Below, piece by piece: positions 18,836 through 29,546 of a stretch of DNA of 64,000 bases (within the stretch, counting starts at the first letter, position 1; each line of letters opens with the position of its first letter). The position numbers and the translations under genes were made by a program. The stretch is from Desulfobacteraceae bacterium (GTDB lineage Bacteria > Desulfobacterota > Desulfobacteria > Desulfobacterales > Desulfobacteraceae). The notes below the pieces were generated by a model. It ran no database searches, was not told where the DNA came from, and worked only from the letters and a program-made list of their open reading frames with translations. The stretch spans positions 31,739 to 95,738 of the forward strand of contig JADGFI010000013.1 of assembly GCA_016743945.1 (NCBI GenBank), in the 5' to 3' direction.

Positions 18836-20101
18836 ATGGGAGAATTTAGGATTTTATTTATCGTTTTACTTTCTTTGTTTATGGGGCCTTCATTACTATG
18901 GGCCGGCGGTGCCGATAATAAAACCAATTGGAGTGCGGAATATGTCGGGATCTTAAACCGGAATGCTGCAACAGATGCCGCCGATATTGCTATGTACAAT
19001 CCTGCCGGGGTGATGAAAATGGAAAATGGTTTTTATGGGAACCTTTCTGTTCACTATCTTCCAAAAGACTATAACAATAAAATCGATGGCATTGATTTTG
19101 ATCAAGACGATCCCTCTGTGGTCCCCGGCTTGTTTGCGGTGTATAAACAAAAAAGCTGGGCCGGTTTTTTTGCCGTTTCAAATGTGGTCGGCGGCGGGAA
19201 AGTGGACTTTAAACAAGGAAATGCGACCACTAACTTTGTGAAGTCAGGTGTCAGGGCAAGTGTCCCCATCCTCAACCTGGTCAACCAGGAGTATCTGAAG
19301 GCCGAGGCAACCGGGATGGCCTATACCCTGGGCGGGGCATACAAGTTCAATGACATCTGGTCTGTCGCCCTCGGGGTCCGGTATGTTAAAAGTGACAGGG
19401 AAATGGAGGGCATCATCTCTTTGGGCTCCTCAATTGTCCCGGCGGCCACCTATATCGCCGACGTAAAATTTGAAGAAGAGGCCGATGGATTGGGGGGGGT
19501 CATCGGGATCAACTTTTCCCCTTCAGACCGCTTAAATTTCGGGTTGCACTACGACACAAAGGTTACCCTTGATTATAAAGCAGACGTGGAACGAGACACC
19601 ACGGGTATTCTCCCGGGGCTCGGGGTGGTGGATGGGGCTGAAAGAAACCGAAACCTTCCGGCGGTCCTGGCAGCAGGTGCCTCCTATAAGGTCACCCCAA
19701 AGATACGGATCGAAACCAATGCAACCCTGTATTTAAACAATGATGCCAATTTCAAGGATATTGCCGGAACTTCGCGGGATGAAAGTGCTGTCGGCATCGG
19801 ATATGATATCGGGATCGGCGTTGATTATACCCTGACAGACAGCTTGAATGCAACCCTTGGATATCTATATACAAAGACGGGGGTGGATGCAAAGGACATG
19901 ACCCCGGAATTGCCCGAACTGAATGCCAATACCCTAGGGGCCGGCCTCAAATATAAGGCCACCGATCAATTAAACTTGATGTTCAGTCTGGGCCATGTTT
20001 TTTACCAGGATGCCTCCTTTGTAAATCGTTTTTCCCAGTCCATCACCTATGAAAAAAAAATCACCTTTTTCGGGGTTGGAGTGGAATACAATTTTTTTTA
20101 A
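18836..20101 (+). CDS. Outer membrane transport protein of the FadL/OmpP1/TodX family
   Basis: Signal peptide MGEFRILFIVLLSLFMGPSLLWA, an alternating beta-strand pattern, NPAG near the N-terminus and a C-terminal ...VEYNFF. GGAG lies 7 nt upstream of ATG 18836. Confidence 0.75.
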   Translation: MGEFRILFIVLLSLFMGPSLLWAGGADNKTNWSAEYVGILNRNAATDAADIAMYNPAGVMKMENGFYGNLSVHYLPKDYNNKIDGIDFDQDDPSVVPGLFAVYKQKSWAGFFAVSNVVGGGKVDFKQGNATTNFVKSGVRASVPILNLVNQEYLKAEATGMAYTLGGAYKFNDIWSVALGVRYVKSDREMEGIISLGSSIVPAATYIADVKFEEEADGLGGVIGINFSPSDRLNFGLHYDTKVTLDYKADVERDTTGILPGLGVVDGAERNRNLPAVLAAGASYKVTPKIRIETNATLYLNNDANFKDIAGTSRDESAVGIGYDIGIGVDYTLTDSLNATLGYLYTKTGVDAKDMTPELPELNANTLGAGLKYKATDQLNLMFSLGHVFYQDASFVNRFSQSITYEKKITFFGVGVEYNFF

Positions 20102-20139
20102 CCATTCCTCAAAAAAAAAACCGGTTAGCGATCCTTAGA

Positions 20140-21090
20140 TCAATCTCCGGGTTCTATCATCTGCACAGGGTGGTAATGCACATACACCTTGCGCAGCATC
20201 TCAAGACCTGAAATGAGCGTGTTTTCAACGGTGCTGGCAATATTGTCCCCCTCCCTCACACTCAACTCGCCATCGATACCAATGGTAAGATTCACCACCA
20301 GGTAGGGGCCGAACCGATGCGCATGGATGTCTTCGATGACTTTAATTTCTTCCACACCATGGAGAAGTTCATGGATATGAGCCGCAATCTCCTGACTGGG
20401 AACGTCGTCCATGAGATCCGAAGAGGCTTCCCGAAGAATATCCATCCCGGTTTTGGCCACGATGACCGCCACCACAGCCCCTGCCACGGGATCTCCCCAG
20501 GAAATTCCCAGCATATTCAAAACAATCCCCACCACGGCCCCGGTGGAAGCAAAAATGTCGTTTCGATGATCCCTTGCCAAAGCCTTGATGGCCATATTCT
20601 TAATTTCTTGACTGATGCGATTTGCATGGAGCATTAAAAAAAATTTTGAAATTATCGTGACCAGGCCGACAATCAGTGCAAAGGTTTTGATCTTGAGCTG
20701 GGGGGCCCCAACGAAAAGATCAAATGCTGAATTGACAGAATCCCAAAATATGGCCGCCCCCGTGGTAATAACAAAAGCACCCACCACCAACGCTGCAATA
20801 CTCTCCAATTGATGATGACCATAGGGGTGTTCAAAATCGGCAGGCTTCCCCGACAGCCGAACAAAAATCTTGACCACAACAAAATAAATAACGTCGGACA
20901 CGGAATTGATGCCATCGGCAAGCAGCCCCTGACTATGCCCTATAATGCCGGAAAAAACTTTCACAACGGCAAGGACCGCGTTAAAGAAAAGGCCGATATT
21001 AACAACAGATTCAGCGGCACTCTGGCGGTCATTGATCTCGTTTTTTTTGTCCGATTTCACTGTTTTTGGCGTCAAAATTTGAGGGGTCAT
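20140..21090 (-). CDS. Cation diffusion facilitator (CDF) family metal efflux transporter
   Basis: HPYGHHQLESIAAL, six TM helices and a C-terminal cytoplasmic domain. The start overlaps the korB stop by 4 nt. Confidence 0.85.
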   Translation of the reverse strand: MTPQILTPKTVKSDKKNEINDRQSAAESVVNIGLFFNAVLAVVKVFSGIIGHSQGLLADGINSVSDVIYFVVVKIFVRLSGKPADFEHPYGHHQLESIAALVVGAFVITTGAAIFWDSVNSAFDLFVGAPQLKIKTFALIVGLVTIISKFFLMLHANRISQEIKNMAIKALARDHRNDIFASTGAVVGIVLNMLGISWGDPVAGAVVAVIVAKTGMDILREASSDLMDDVPSQEIAAHIHELLHGVEEIKVIEDIHAHRFGPYLVVNLTIGIDGELSVREGDNIASTVENTLISGLEMLRKVYVHYHPVQMIEPGD

Positions 21091-22139
21091 CGGTAGGTTT
21101 CAACCAATTTTTGAAGCGCCTGATCACCGGGGCACAACTCCTTTTCTGCCAGACGATTGAGCGGGGTGTCCGTTGTCTCCAGGATATCATGGGTCTCGGC
21201 AAGATTCTCATTGAGATGGAGGATGCCTGTGAGAAGATGCCCCTTTTCCCGGTGAAACTCCAGTGCATCAATGGACGACCGCCTTGTGGTGACATCAATG
21301 GCATCATCGCTTTTGTACAGGTGAATAACCCCCCCGTCATGGAGGGTCACAGATTGGGTGGTTCCGGGTTCATACTGGGTGGTGATTTCCTGCCGGGGGG
21401 GGATGAAATCAAAGGTTGCCGTGGCGTTCATGTGATCGCGAACCCACTGGTAACTCTTGGTGGAGGTGGCGGTATTGTTAAAGGTCACACAAGGAGAAAT
21501 CACATCGACCAGGGCAAAGCCTTTATGGGACATGGCCGCCTTCAGAAGGGGAACCAGCTGAGCCTTGTCTCCTGAAAACCCCCGGGCCACAAAGCCTGCC
21601 CCCAGAGCAATGGCCAGCTCACACAGATCAATGGATTCAAATGGATTTGGCCGCCCTTTCCGGCTGGCAGACCCTTTATCTGCCGTTGCCGAGTCCTGGC
21701 CCTTGGTAAGCCCGTAACATCCGTTGTTCATGACAATATAGGTCATGTTAAGATTTCGCCGGGCAATGTGGACAAATTGTCCCATGCCGATGGACGCGGT
21801 ATCCCCGTCACCGGAAACCCCCAGGTAAACCAGATCTTTATTGGCCATATTGGCACCCGTGGCAATGGAGGGCATCCGGCCATGGACCGAGTTGAACCCA
21901 TGGGATTTTCCTAGGAAGTAGGCCGGTGTTTTAGAGGAACACCCGATACCCGACATCTTGACCACCCTGTGAGGCTCTAAACAAAGCTCATAACAGGCCT
22001 GGATGATGGCATTGCTAATGGAATCGTGACCGCAGCCGGCACAAAGGGTGGAGTCTCCCCCTTCATAGTCGCGCCGGGTAAACCCGAGATCATTTTTGGG
22101 AAGGTCGGGATGGCGAAAACTGGGGCGACGGGACTTCAT
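21087..22139 (-). CDS. korB: 2-oxoglutarate/2-oxoacid:ferredoxin oxidoreductase beta subunit (TPP-binding)
   Basis: CAGCGHD and a GDGD...G TPP motif (GVSGDGDTASIGMGQF). Translationally coupled to korA. Confidence 0.85.
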   Translation of the reverse strand: MKSRRPSFRHPDLPKNDLGFTRRDYEGGDSTLCAGCGHDSISNAIIQACYELCLEPHRVVKMSGIGCSSKTPAYFLGKSHGFNSVHGRMPSIATGANMANKDLVYLGVSGDGDTASIGMGQFVHIARRNLNMTYIVMNNGCYGLTKGQDSATADKGSASRKGRPNPFESIDLCELAIALGAGFVARGFSGDKAQLVPLLKAAMSHKGFALVDVISPCVTFNNTATSTKSYQWVRDHMNATATFDFIPPRQEITTQYEPGTTQSVTLHDGGVIHLYKSDDAIDVTTRRSSIDALEFHREKGHLLTGILHLNENLAETHDILETTDTPLNRLAEKELCPGDQALQKLVETYR

Positions 22140-23977
22140 TTAACACCTCCTTGATGGGGAGTTACTCCGGATGACAGGGAAATTATTTTTCCCATGGAAC
22201 GGGCAATATGGGTTGCCGTGATGGGCATGGCATCAATATTGGTGACGGGGAACAATTTATCCGGACAAAACCCGCACTCGTTGATCAGCAGGGTGCGCAT
22301 CTGGCTGTCCCGGTTCTGTTCGATGACAAATATGTAGTCGTGGCTGTCAACAAAATCGATGACCTCCTCCTGGAAAGGAAACCCTCGAAGCCGTATGGTA
22401 TTGACGATGATATCTTTCAACCCAAGCTGATCCAATGCTTCATAGGCGGCTTGAGTACTGGTGCCGAAAAAAACAGCCCCATAGGCGCTTGCCTTATCGG
22501 ATATCTTGATATGGGGTTTGGGAACCAGGGTTTTGGCCGTCTGCCATTTTCGGCTAAGCCTTACCATACACCGTTCATAGGCCGCACTGTCCTCTGTATA
22601 GGCAGCATATTCGTCATGGGAGGATCCCCGGGTAAAATAAGCCCCCAGAGTGGGGTGGGTGCCGGGAATTGTTCTGTAGCAAAGTCCGTCTCCATCACGG
22701 TCCAGATACCGGCCCCAACGTTCGGTCATGGCTTCCAGTTGTTCCTTGTCAAGCACTTTTCCCCGGTTATACCTCCGGCTGTCATCCCATTCCAGGGGCA
22801 GGCATACATGATCGTTCATGCCCAGATCCAGATCACTCATGAGTATCACCGGGGTCTGAAGGGTTTCCGCCAGATCAAAGCTGTCCGCTGACATTTCAAA
22901 ACATTCTTTGGGATCACAGGGAAACAGCAGCACCTGTTTTGTATCTCCATGGGAGGCATAGGCACACATCAACACATCAGATTGCTGACTCCGGGTGGGC
23001 ATTCCGGTGCTGGGTCCGGTTCTCTGGACATTAATCAGCACCACGGGTATCTCCGCAAAATAGGCAAGCCCTAGAAACTCACTCATCAAAGAGACACCGG
23101 GGCCAGAAGTGGCGGTAAAGGCCCGGGCCCCGTTCCAGGAAGCGCCCAGGACGATACCCAGGGCGGTCAGCTCATCTTCTGCCTGGATAATGGCGGCCTT
23201 TTTTTTCCCGGATTCGTCCATTCGATAACGGCTTGTAAACTTGTCAAAGGCTTCAATCACAGAGGTGGACGGGGTGATGGGATACCACCCGGCCACGGTT
23301 GCCCCGCCGTAAACCGCACCTAACCCCGCTGCCGTGTTGCCGTCCATCAACATATGGCGGTTCAGTCTCTTGCTGGATTTCACCGACAGCTTGCAGGTAT
23401 CGGCAAAATACCGAACAGCATATTCAAAGCCCAATTCCAGGGCATGGATGTTCGGTTCTGCCAATTTGGGTTTTTTCTTAAATTGCCGGGTGATGGAAGC
23501 GGTCAGCACAGAAAAATCCATATCCAGCAGATGAGCCAGGGCCCCGACATAAAGGATGTTTTTAAGCAGCTGCCGAAGTTTTGGGTTCTCAATTTCCCGG
23601 ATGCAGATCTGGGTCAAGGGGATTCCAATGAGGGTGATATCCTTGCGCAAAAAATCCTCGGGAAGCGAGCGTGTGGAATCATACAAAAAATACCCCCCCG
23701 GTGCCAGGTTTTCATAGTCCTTTTTCAGGGTCTGCCCGTTGACCGCCACAATAAAATCATACCCCCCCCGACGTCCCAGATAGCCCTGTTCATTAACCCG
23801 CACTTCATACCAGGTGGGCAATCCCTGAATATTAGACGGAAAAATATTTTTGGGACTGACCGGAACCCCCAGCCGAAAAACGGCCTTGGCAAATAAATTG
23901 TTGGCACTGGCGGAACCGGATCCGTTCACATTGGCAAACCGGATCACAAAATCATTAACGCCGGAAAGTTTCATCAT
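22136..23977 (-). CDS. korA: 2-oxoglutarate/2-oxoacid:ferredoxin oxidoreductase alpha subunit (gamma-alpha fusion type)
   Basis: An N-terminal POR-gamma-like domain followed by a pyrimidine-binding alpha domain (YPITPST, EDELTALG). The start is taken at the ATGATGA overlap with the upstream stop rather than the long ORF start at 24040. Confidence 0.85.
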   Translation of the reverse strand: MMKLSGVNDFVIRFANVNGSGSASANNLFAKAVFRLGVPVSPKNIFPSNIQGLPTWYEVRVNEQGYLGRRGGYDFIVAVNGQTLKKDYENLAPGGYFLYDSTRSLPEDFLRKDITLIGIPLTQICIREIENPKLRQLLKNILYVGALAHLLDMDFSVLTASITRQFKKKPKLAEPNIHALELGFEYAVRYFADTCKLSVKSSKRLNRHMLMDGNTAAGLGAVYGGATVAGWYPITPSTSVIEAFDKFTSRYRMDESGKKKAAIIQAEDELTALGIVLGASWNGARAFTATSGPGVSLMSEFLGLAYFAEIPVVLINVQRTGPSTGMPTRSQQSDVLMCAYASHGDTKQVLLFPCDPKECFEMSADSFDLAETLQTPVILMSDLDLGMNDHVCLPLEWDDSRRYNRGKVLDKEQLEAMTERWGRYLDRDGDGLCYRTIPGTHPTLGAYFTRGSSHDEYAAYTEDSAAYERCMVRLSRKWQTAKTLVPKPHIKISDKASAYGAVFFGTSTQAAYEALDQLGLKDIIVNTIRLRGFPFQEEVIDFVDSHDYIFVIEQNRDSQMRTLLINECGFCPDKLFPVTNIDAMPITATHIARSMGKIISLSSGVTPHQGGVK

Positions 23978-25722
23978 TTTTGCCCTGCCTTTGCTGTATT
24001 GTAAGTGTATTTTTGCATATCCCAGGCCGCAGTAGGACATTTCTCAGCGCAGAGTCCGCAGTGAAGGCAGACATTTTCATCCTTGACCATGACCCTGCCC
24101 GTGGGCAGCAGGTCAGAGACATACAGCGCCTGGGACTTGTTGCTTGCAGGAATGGCCAGAGATGACCGCACCTCCTCCTCATCCCTGTTTTCTATAAAGT
24201 TGATACAATTTGTGGGACACACATCCACACAAGCATCACATTCGATACAGTCCAAAGCAAAAAAAATCGTCTGAATATCACAATTAATACACCGCCGGGC
24301 TTCGGTAAAACCGATTTTCCGGTCAAAGCCCAGTTCAACTTCCATCAGTCGATCCTTGATGGATTTCACCTTTGACACCATGGGAACCACCTGCCGCTGG
24401 TCATCGGAAACCTCATTGTTATACATCCAATCGTGGAGTCCCATCTTCTGGCCGTCCAGGGTGGTAAAGGGCTGAGGCCTTTGGATAAGATTCTCCCCCC
24501 TGCAGTAAAGATCCATGGAGACGGCAGCCCCATGACCGTGGGCCACGGCGGTGATGACATTCTGGGGCCCGAAAGCGGCATCCCCTCCGAAAAAAATCTT
24601 GTCAATATTGGACTGAAAGGTGATTTTATCGACCTGGGGTCTTCCCCCATCGTCAAAGAGGATTCCCACCTCCTTTTCTATCCAGGGAAACGCGTTCTGC
24701 TGTCCCACCGCCAGCAGCACCTCATCACAGGGGATAAAAACAGGTTTAAAATCAGATGCCTGCCCGCCGGAGACGCGTTCAAAATTCATGCCCGTCAACC
24801 GGCCGTTTTCCACCACAAACTCCCTGGGCGAAAGATACTCCAATATAGGGATATCCTCTCTCATGGCATCTTCAATTTCCCAGGCAGAGGCCTTCATTCG
24901 GTCACGCCCCCCCCGAATAACGACCTTGACCGTTTCCCCGCCAAGCCTGCGGGCGGTTCTACAGCAATCCATGGCCGTATTACCGCCGCCAATGACAAGG
25001 GTTGTGAGGCCGGTCTTTTTTATGTGTCCATACTGCACCGAGGCAAGCCATTGAATACCGATGTGAATAAAGGCCTTTCCCTCCTGGCGACCCGGAAGAT
25101 CAAGATCCCTGCCCCTTGGGGCGCCGGTCCCGATAAAAATGGCATCATAGTCCTTGTCCAAAAAATCTTTCATGCTGGAGATATAGGTATTAAAATAGGT
25201 TTTAACCCCCAGGTTGAGGATATAGTTCACCTCTTCATCCAGCACCTTTTTGGGCAGCCTGAACGACGGCACCTGGCTTCGGATAAACCCACCCCCCGAA
25301 GCCTGGTCGTCATAAAGGTCTATGCTATATCCCAGAGGCAAAAGATCCCGGGCCACTGTGAGGGACGCAGGACCTCCCCCGATAAGGGCAATTTTTTTCC
25401 CATTTTTTTTCTTGGGAATATTAGGCAACCGGTCCCTTATATCCCCCTTATTGTCGGCACAGACCCGTTTCAACCGACAGATGGCCACAGCAGCATCTTC
25501 CACCCGGCCTCTCCTGCAAGCGGGTTCACAGGGCCTGTCACACACCCTGCCCAGAATCCCCGGAAAAACATTTGACTCCCAGTTGATCATATAGGCATCG
25601 GCATATTTTTTTTCGGCAATAAGCCGTATGTATTCCGGAACCGGGGTGTGTGCCGGACAGGCGAACTGACAGTCAATCACGCGATGAAAATACTCGGGAT
25701 CTTTAATATCTGTTGGATTCAA
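23974..25722 (-). CDS. GltD/NfnB-like FAD- and NAD(P)H-dependent oxidoreductase with a C-terminal 2x[4Fe-4S] ferredoxin domain (KorC-like partner of KorAB)
   Basis: N-terminal Cys cluster (CQFACPAHTPVPEYI...CDRPCEPAC), dinucleotide folds (IGGGPASLTVARDL, VIGGGNTAMDC), and C-terminal CINCDIQ...CIECDACVDVCP and CLHCGLCAEKCP. Confidence 0.8.
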   Translation of the reverse strand: MNPTDIKDPEYFHRVIDCQFACPAHTPVPEYIRLIAEKKYADAYMINWESNVFPGILGRVCDRPCEPACRRGRVEDAAVAICRLKRVCADNKGDIRDRLPNIPKKKNGKKIALIGGGPASLTVARDLLPLGYSIDLYDDQASGGGFIRSQVPSFRLPKKVLDEEVNYILNLGVKTYFNTYISSMKDFLDKDYDAIFIGTGAPRGRDLDLPGRQEGKAFIHIGIQWLASVQYGHIKKTGLTTLVIGGGNTAMDCCRTARRLGGETVKVVIRGGRDRMKASAWEIEDAMREDIPILEYLSPREFVVENGRLTGMNFERVSGGQASDFKPVFIPCDEVLLAVGQQNAFPWIEKEVGILFDDGGRPQVDKITFQSNIDKIFFGGDAAFGPQNVITAVAHGHGAAVSMDLYCRGENLIQRPQPFTTLDGQKMGLHDWMYNNEVSDDQRQVVPMVSKVKSIKDRLMEVELGFDRKIGFTEARRCINCDIQTIFFALDCIECDACVDVCPTNCINFIENRDEEEVRSSLAIPASNKSQALYVSDLLPTGRVMVKDENVCLHCGLCAEKCPTAAWDMQKYTYNTAKAGQK

Positions 25723-26015
25723 TTCCGTCTCTCCCTCTTGTATCTGTTTTCATATTCTTTCAATTTGTTTTTTAACCACAATATGGGGACTTGGGAAGCT
25801 ATTTTTTAAAATTTTTCTGCCGGAACCGGATTCCGCAAGACATTCATTATTTTAGATTTCGGCTGCCAGCAAAGGGTATTGAGAAATTATTACGGGTTTA
25901 CCCAAACGAAGTCAAGCTCCTTTTATGGGTCACAACGATCCAGGTGGTGATGAGATGCGCTACATAAATCCCAAGATCATTTAAAACATTCGAAATGAGA
26001 AGATTTAACCCATTG

Positions 26016-26050
26016 ACAGAAACCCCGGCACATAAAGACCCGGGGTTTCT
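26016..26050. terminator. Perfect 12-bp-stem hairpin downstream of the MCP gene
   Basis: CAGAAACCCCGG-N11-CCGGGGTTTCTG, 20 nt beyond the MCP stop. The flanking U-tract is weak. Confidence 0.5.
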
Positions 26051-26070
26051 GATTTAAGAAAGATCCTAGG

Positions 26071-28080
26071 TTATACCTTGAACCGACCTACCATTGCCTT
26101 AAGATCAGCAGCCAGCTTGGACATTTCTTCAGCACTCATATTGACCTTTGAACTACTGGCGGACATGGTGCCTGCAGATTGGCTGATATCACTGATATCC
26201 CTTGCAATATCCGTTGAAACTGTTGAACTTTGGGCTACATTTTCATTGACATCCCCTATCCCTACAGCAGCCTGATTCAGGTTACCGGCTATTTCCTGGG
26301 TGGTTACCGACTGCTCTTCCACGGCTGTAGCAATGGCAGCAACAATATCATTCACCTGGGTGATCACATTGGAAATTTTTTCGATCTCCTGAATGGTTTC
26401 TGTTGTGGATCCCTGGACTCCATCAATTTTCTGCTTGATTTCCTGGGTGGCCTTGGCAGTCTGCTGGGCCAGGTCCTTAATCTCATTGGCAACAACAGCA
26501 AACCCCTTACCGGCTTCTCCTGCCCGGGCGGCTTCAATGGTTGCATTCAAGGCCAACAGGTTGGTCTGGTCAGATATATCGGAAATTGTTTCCGTCACAT
26601 CGCTGATATCCTTTGCAGCCAAATTCAGTTCATTTATTTTTCCCGTTGCCGAACCTGCCTGAATAACCATTTCAGCCGTAATGGATCGGGCCTGTTCCGA
26701 GTTCTTAGCAATTTCATTGACAGTGGCGGTCATCTCCTCTGTTGCCGAAGCGACCATGCTGACATTTGTGGCTGCCTCTTCGCTGCCGGCTGCCACGGAA
26801 TTCATATTGGCACTCATCTCTTCAGCCGCCGCAGCAACTGTATTGGATTTGTCCGACATGCTGTCAGCATTGGTTGAAATATCCCGGGAAAGGGTGAACA
26901 ATGTTTCCGATGAGCTGTCCATGGTTTTGGCATTTCCTGCAATATCCTTGATCATGGTCTGTAGCTTTTCCACAAACAAATTAAACCAATCTGCCAATTC
27001 GCCCACCTCATCACGGTTTGCCACCATCAGACGACAGGTCAAATCCCCCTCTCCTTGTGCAATATCCTTTACCATATCCGATGCGCTGCGGATGGGTCGA
27101 ACAATGGCATTGGCCAGGAAGAAGGCAAGGGTAATAAAAATTGCAAACAACACAATACCGATCCCCACCAAGGTTGCAATCAGGCTCTTGGAAGTCTGCA
27201 TCACCTCGGCTTTTTCAATCACACCGATCAGTTTCCATCCCAGGTTGGGAGAGGTATGCACATAGGCCATATAGGATGTGTCACCCCAGCTCAATTCGGC
27301 ATACCCCTGGTCCATTTTATCCAAATTCGCAAAGGCCGCGATATTCACCTCTGACATTTTTTTAAAATTCATCTCCGGTGATTTGGGATTGGCCAGAAAT
27401 GTTCCGTCATCTTGAATCAGCATGGCATAACCGGTCTTGCCGATTTTGATGTCACCGATCAGATCGGTCAGGGCCTTAAGGGCCACATCCACACCCACAA
27501 CCCCCACACGCTTCCCATTGTCTGAGGTTACGGCTGCGACCACACTGAACACGGCAGCCTTGGTGCTGCTCGTCATGTACGCTGGTGTGATGATCAACCC
27601 GTCCTTATTGATATTGTCAGAATACCAGCCCCGTTTCAGAGGATCATACCCAGCCGACATCTGGCTGACAAGCGAAGAAACATAGCCTCCCCAGGCGCTT
27701 CCCATATATACTTCAATATATTCCGGGTGGTGCTTGTTTAGCTGTTTGAATACCTGATGCATCTCTTCACTAAGCCCTCCGGCTTCCAAGGGATCCAGCC
27801 GGGTGGGGGATGTTGTCTGCTGGTAATTCAACAGTGAATCGTCTGCTTTTATTATAACAGGATTATCGGATAGTACCGCCACATCCAATTTAATGCCGTT
27901 GACAAAGAACCCCATGGCATTATCAACCTGATTGAGCTCCCTGGAGGTTGAGTCGACAAAGTTATGGATGGAGGCTGTCTTGATCTTAATACCAATTACA
28001 ATACAAATAATGGCAAGCGGGATAAGAATAACCAGGCAAAACGCCAATAAAAGTTTCTGTTTAATGGATATATTTTTCAT
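26071..28080 (-). CDS. Methyl-accepting chemotaxis protein with a periplasmic Cache-type sensor and a HAMP domain
   Basis: TM1, a ~270-aa periplasmic domain, TM2 and HAMP. The conserved signalling hairpin reads [34 protein letters not shown]. Confidence 0.9.
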   Translation of the reverse strand: MKNISIKQKLLLAFCLVILIPLAIICIVIGIKIKTASIHNFVDSTSRELNQVDNAMGFFVNGIKLDVAVLSDNPVIIKADDSLLNYQQTTSPTRLDPLEAGGLSEEMHQVFKQLNKHHPEYIEVYMGSAWGGYVSSLVSQMSAGYDPLKRGWYSDNINKDGLIITPAYMTSSTKAAVFSVVAAVTSDNGKRVGVVGVDVALKALTDLIGDIKIGKTGYAMLIQDDGTFLANPKSPEMNFKKMSEVNIAAFANLDKMDQGYAELSWGDTSYMAYVHTSPNLGWKLIGVIEKAEVMQTSKSLIATLVGIGIVLFAIFITLAFFLANAIVRPIRSASDMVKDIAQGEGDLTCRLMVANRDEVGELADWFNLFVEKLQTMIKDIAGNAKTMDSSSETLFTLSRDISTNADSMSDKSNTVAAAAEEMSANMNSVAAGSEEAATNVSMVASATEEMTATVNEIAKNSEQARSITAEMVIQAGSATGKINELNLAAKDISDVTETISDISDQTNLLALNATIEAARAGEAGKGFAVVANEIKDLAQQTAKATQEIKQKIDGVQGSTTETIQEIEKISNVITQVNDIVAAIATAVEEQSVTTQEIAGNLNQAAVGIGDVNENVAQSSTVSTDIARDISDISQSAGTMSASSSKVNMSAEEMSKLAADLKAMVGRFKV

Positions 28081-28158
28081 AATAGGTTCCTTTGTTAAAA
28101 AATTATTAATAATAAGTATTTTTTATAACGGTTAATCTTTACCGAAAAAAACTCAATG

Positions 28159-28470
28159 TTAATGGGATGCCGTGAATTGTTTGGCCAGTTCCGGGATATC
28201 AACCAAGAAAATGGTATGGCCATTGATAGTGGCGGACCCATTTATGGCTGGCTATTTCAGGGTATTTTCATCAATATGAATTAGTGTCTTAATCGTATCC
28301 ACAGGCGGGACGACCAAAAGTCCGAATTCACTGTTTTTCTTCCTTTTTCTAATAATATTTCTTATTTCATCTGCGATCCTAACCACAGTGAAATAAAACT
28401 GATTATAAGAATTTAGGGAGAGAAAACACCTTATCCGCATATGGGCCGCAGCATGTTTCAGCCTCGACAA
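28159..28470 (-). pseudogene. Possible degenerate CheW-like remnant interrupted by an in-frame TAG
   Basis: The minus frame reads ...QFYFTVVRIADEIRNII...EFGLLVVPPVDTIKTLIHIDENTLK*PAINGSATINGHTIFLVDIPELAKQF. The second half resembles the CheW C-terminal half (vGlvVD.V.dVl.l....i.p.p...l.gr.l.lldi..L). The middle of a normal CheW is missing. Confidence 0.3.
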
Positions 28471-28573
28471 AAATGACCATTGGTATTATGATGTTTTGGT
28501 GGCCGCCGATATACATTTCATCCACTTTGTACCGTGTAATATGGGGTTTTGCAAGAAAAATAAGGAAAAAACA

Positions 28574-29347
28574 ATGAGTGAAAAAAAATTGCGGGAACTG
28601 GTTGAAAATCATGTTCCGGGGTTGTTTTTAATACTGTCTATCTTTGCACTGATTGAGTTCGGTATTTTAATGGTTTGTATGGTCTATTCATCAAATCAGG
28701 ATATGGTAAAAATTTATAACCCGAATAAGGATCTTGTCTATGAAGATGCCTATAATTTGAGTTATATAAATGAATTTAAAAAAATATATGGAATTGAAAA
28801 CTTCAAAGAAGAAGGATTTGTCGTCACCCGGTTAGGCATGGAAAATAAATTTCCCACAAGGGCCTGGATCGCTTTGTCCATATGTGTTCCCCTGGTTTTA
28901 ATTTTGTTTGTTGTTTTTATTGTAAAGGTTTTTGCAGATGTTTTTCATTCAAAAAAAGAAAATGACGCGGACGCTAAAAGGAATGGACAGGCGTCTGATT
29001 TTGAAGAAACAAAGTTTGAAAAACTTTTTTCCACCCTTGGAAGATTAAATATTTATTCCCTGGGTTCCACGGTAATCCTCATTGCATTTCTTTATTGGAT
29101 GGTTCCGGACCTGCTCGTATATTTAGGAAAAATCAGCTATCAAACCATATCAGAATTAAAATGGATAATTTTGGGCCTGGTTTTGTTTGGCGGCGCCTAT
29201 ATGATCATAAATGCATTTTTGTCTTACAAAACAAAAAATGAAATCATTAAACAACAGGCGGATATACAAAAAAACCGTGACAGGTTGGTCATCGAGGCGA
29301 AACTTGAGAAAAAACTATTGGGAAACAAGGCCGATTTAAGTCCCTGA
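28574..29347 (+). CDS. Hypothetical integral membrane protein
   Basis: Four predicted TM helices and a K/E-rich C-terminus. AAGGA lies 7 nt upstream of ATG 28574. Confidence 0.55.
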   Translation: MSEKKLRELVENHVPGLFLILSIFALIEFGILMVCMVYSSNQDMVKIYNPNKDLVYEDAYNLSYINEFKKIYGIENFKEEGFVVTRLGMENKFPTRAWIALSICVPLVLILFVVFIVKVFADVFHSKKENDADAKRNGQASDFEETKFEKLFSTLGRLNIYSLGSTVILIAFLYWMVPDLLVYLGKISYQTISELKWIILGLVLFGGAYMIINAFLSYKTKNEIIKQQADIQKNRDRLVIEAKLEKKLLGNKADLSP

Positions 29348-29546
29348 TATCAGATGCACCAACGCCTGACCCCAAAAGACAATCCCCACAAAGCCACAAT
29401 TTTGTGTTCCCCCTTTTTATGGATTTTTCGGGATTGCCTCTGCCCGAACCGATTCGGTGTTGACAGACCCTTAAGTTTGGACTACGGTTTTTTATTTTTA
29501 TTATAATACAAGAATCAACACTGCACTATATTTGTGGAGGCCCCCT

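Noticed and set aside
24433-25575. 380-aa plus-strand ORF inside the GltD-like gene
   Set aside because: The opposite strand encodes a protein with dinucleotide-binding and Fe-S motifs. The plus-strand product is low-complexity (G/P/H/I-rich), so it is a shadow ORF.
28252-28254. The in-frame TAG in the CheW-like frame as a pyrrolysine codon
   Set aside because: The window has no pyl genes or methylamine methyltransferase context. The surrounding frame is truncated and degenerate, which is consistent with decay.
29348-29546. Glycine or THF riboswitch upstream of the gcvT fusion gene
   Set aside because: I looked for the conserved glycine-riboswitch cores (GGAGAG...CACCGAAGGGGCAA-type) and found nothing similar. 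The region looks like an ordinary promoter (TTGACA at 29461, TATAAT-like box at 29503).
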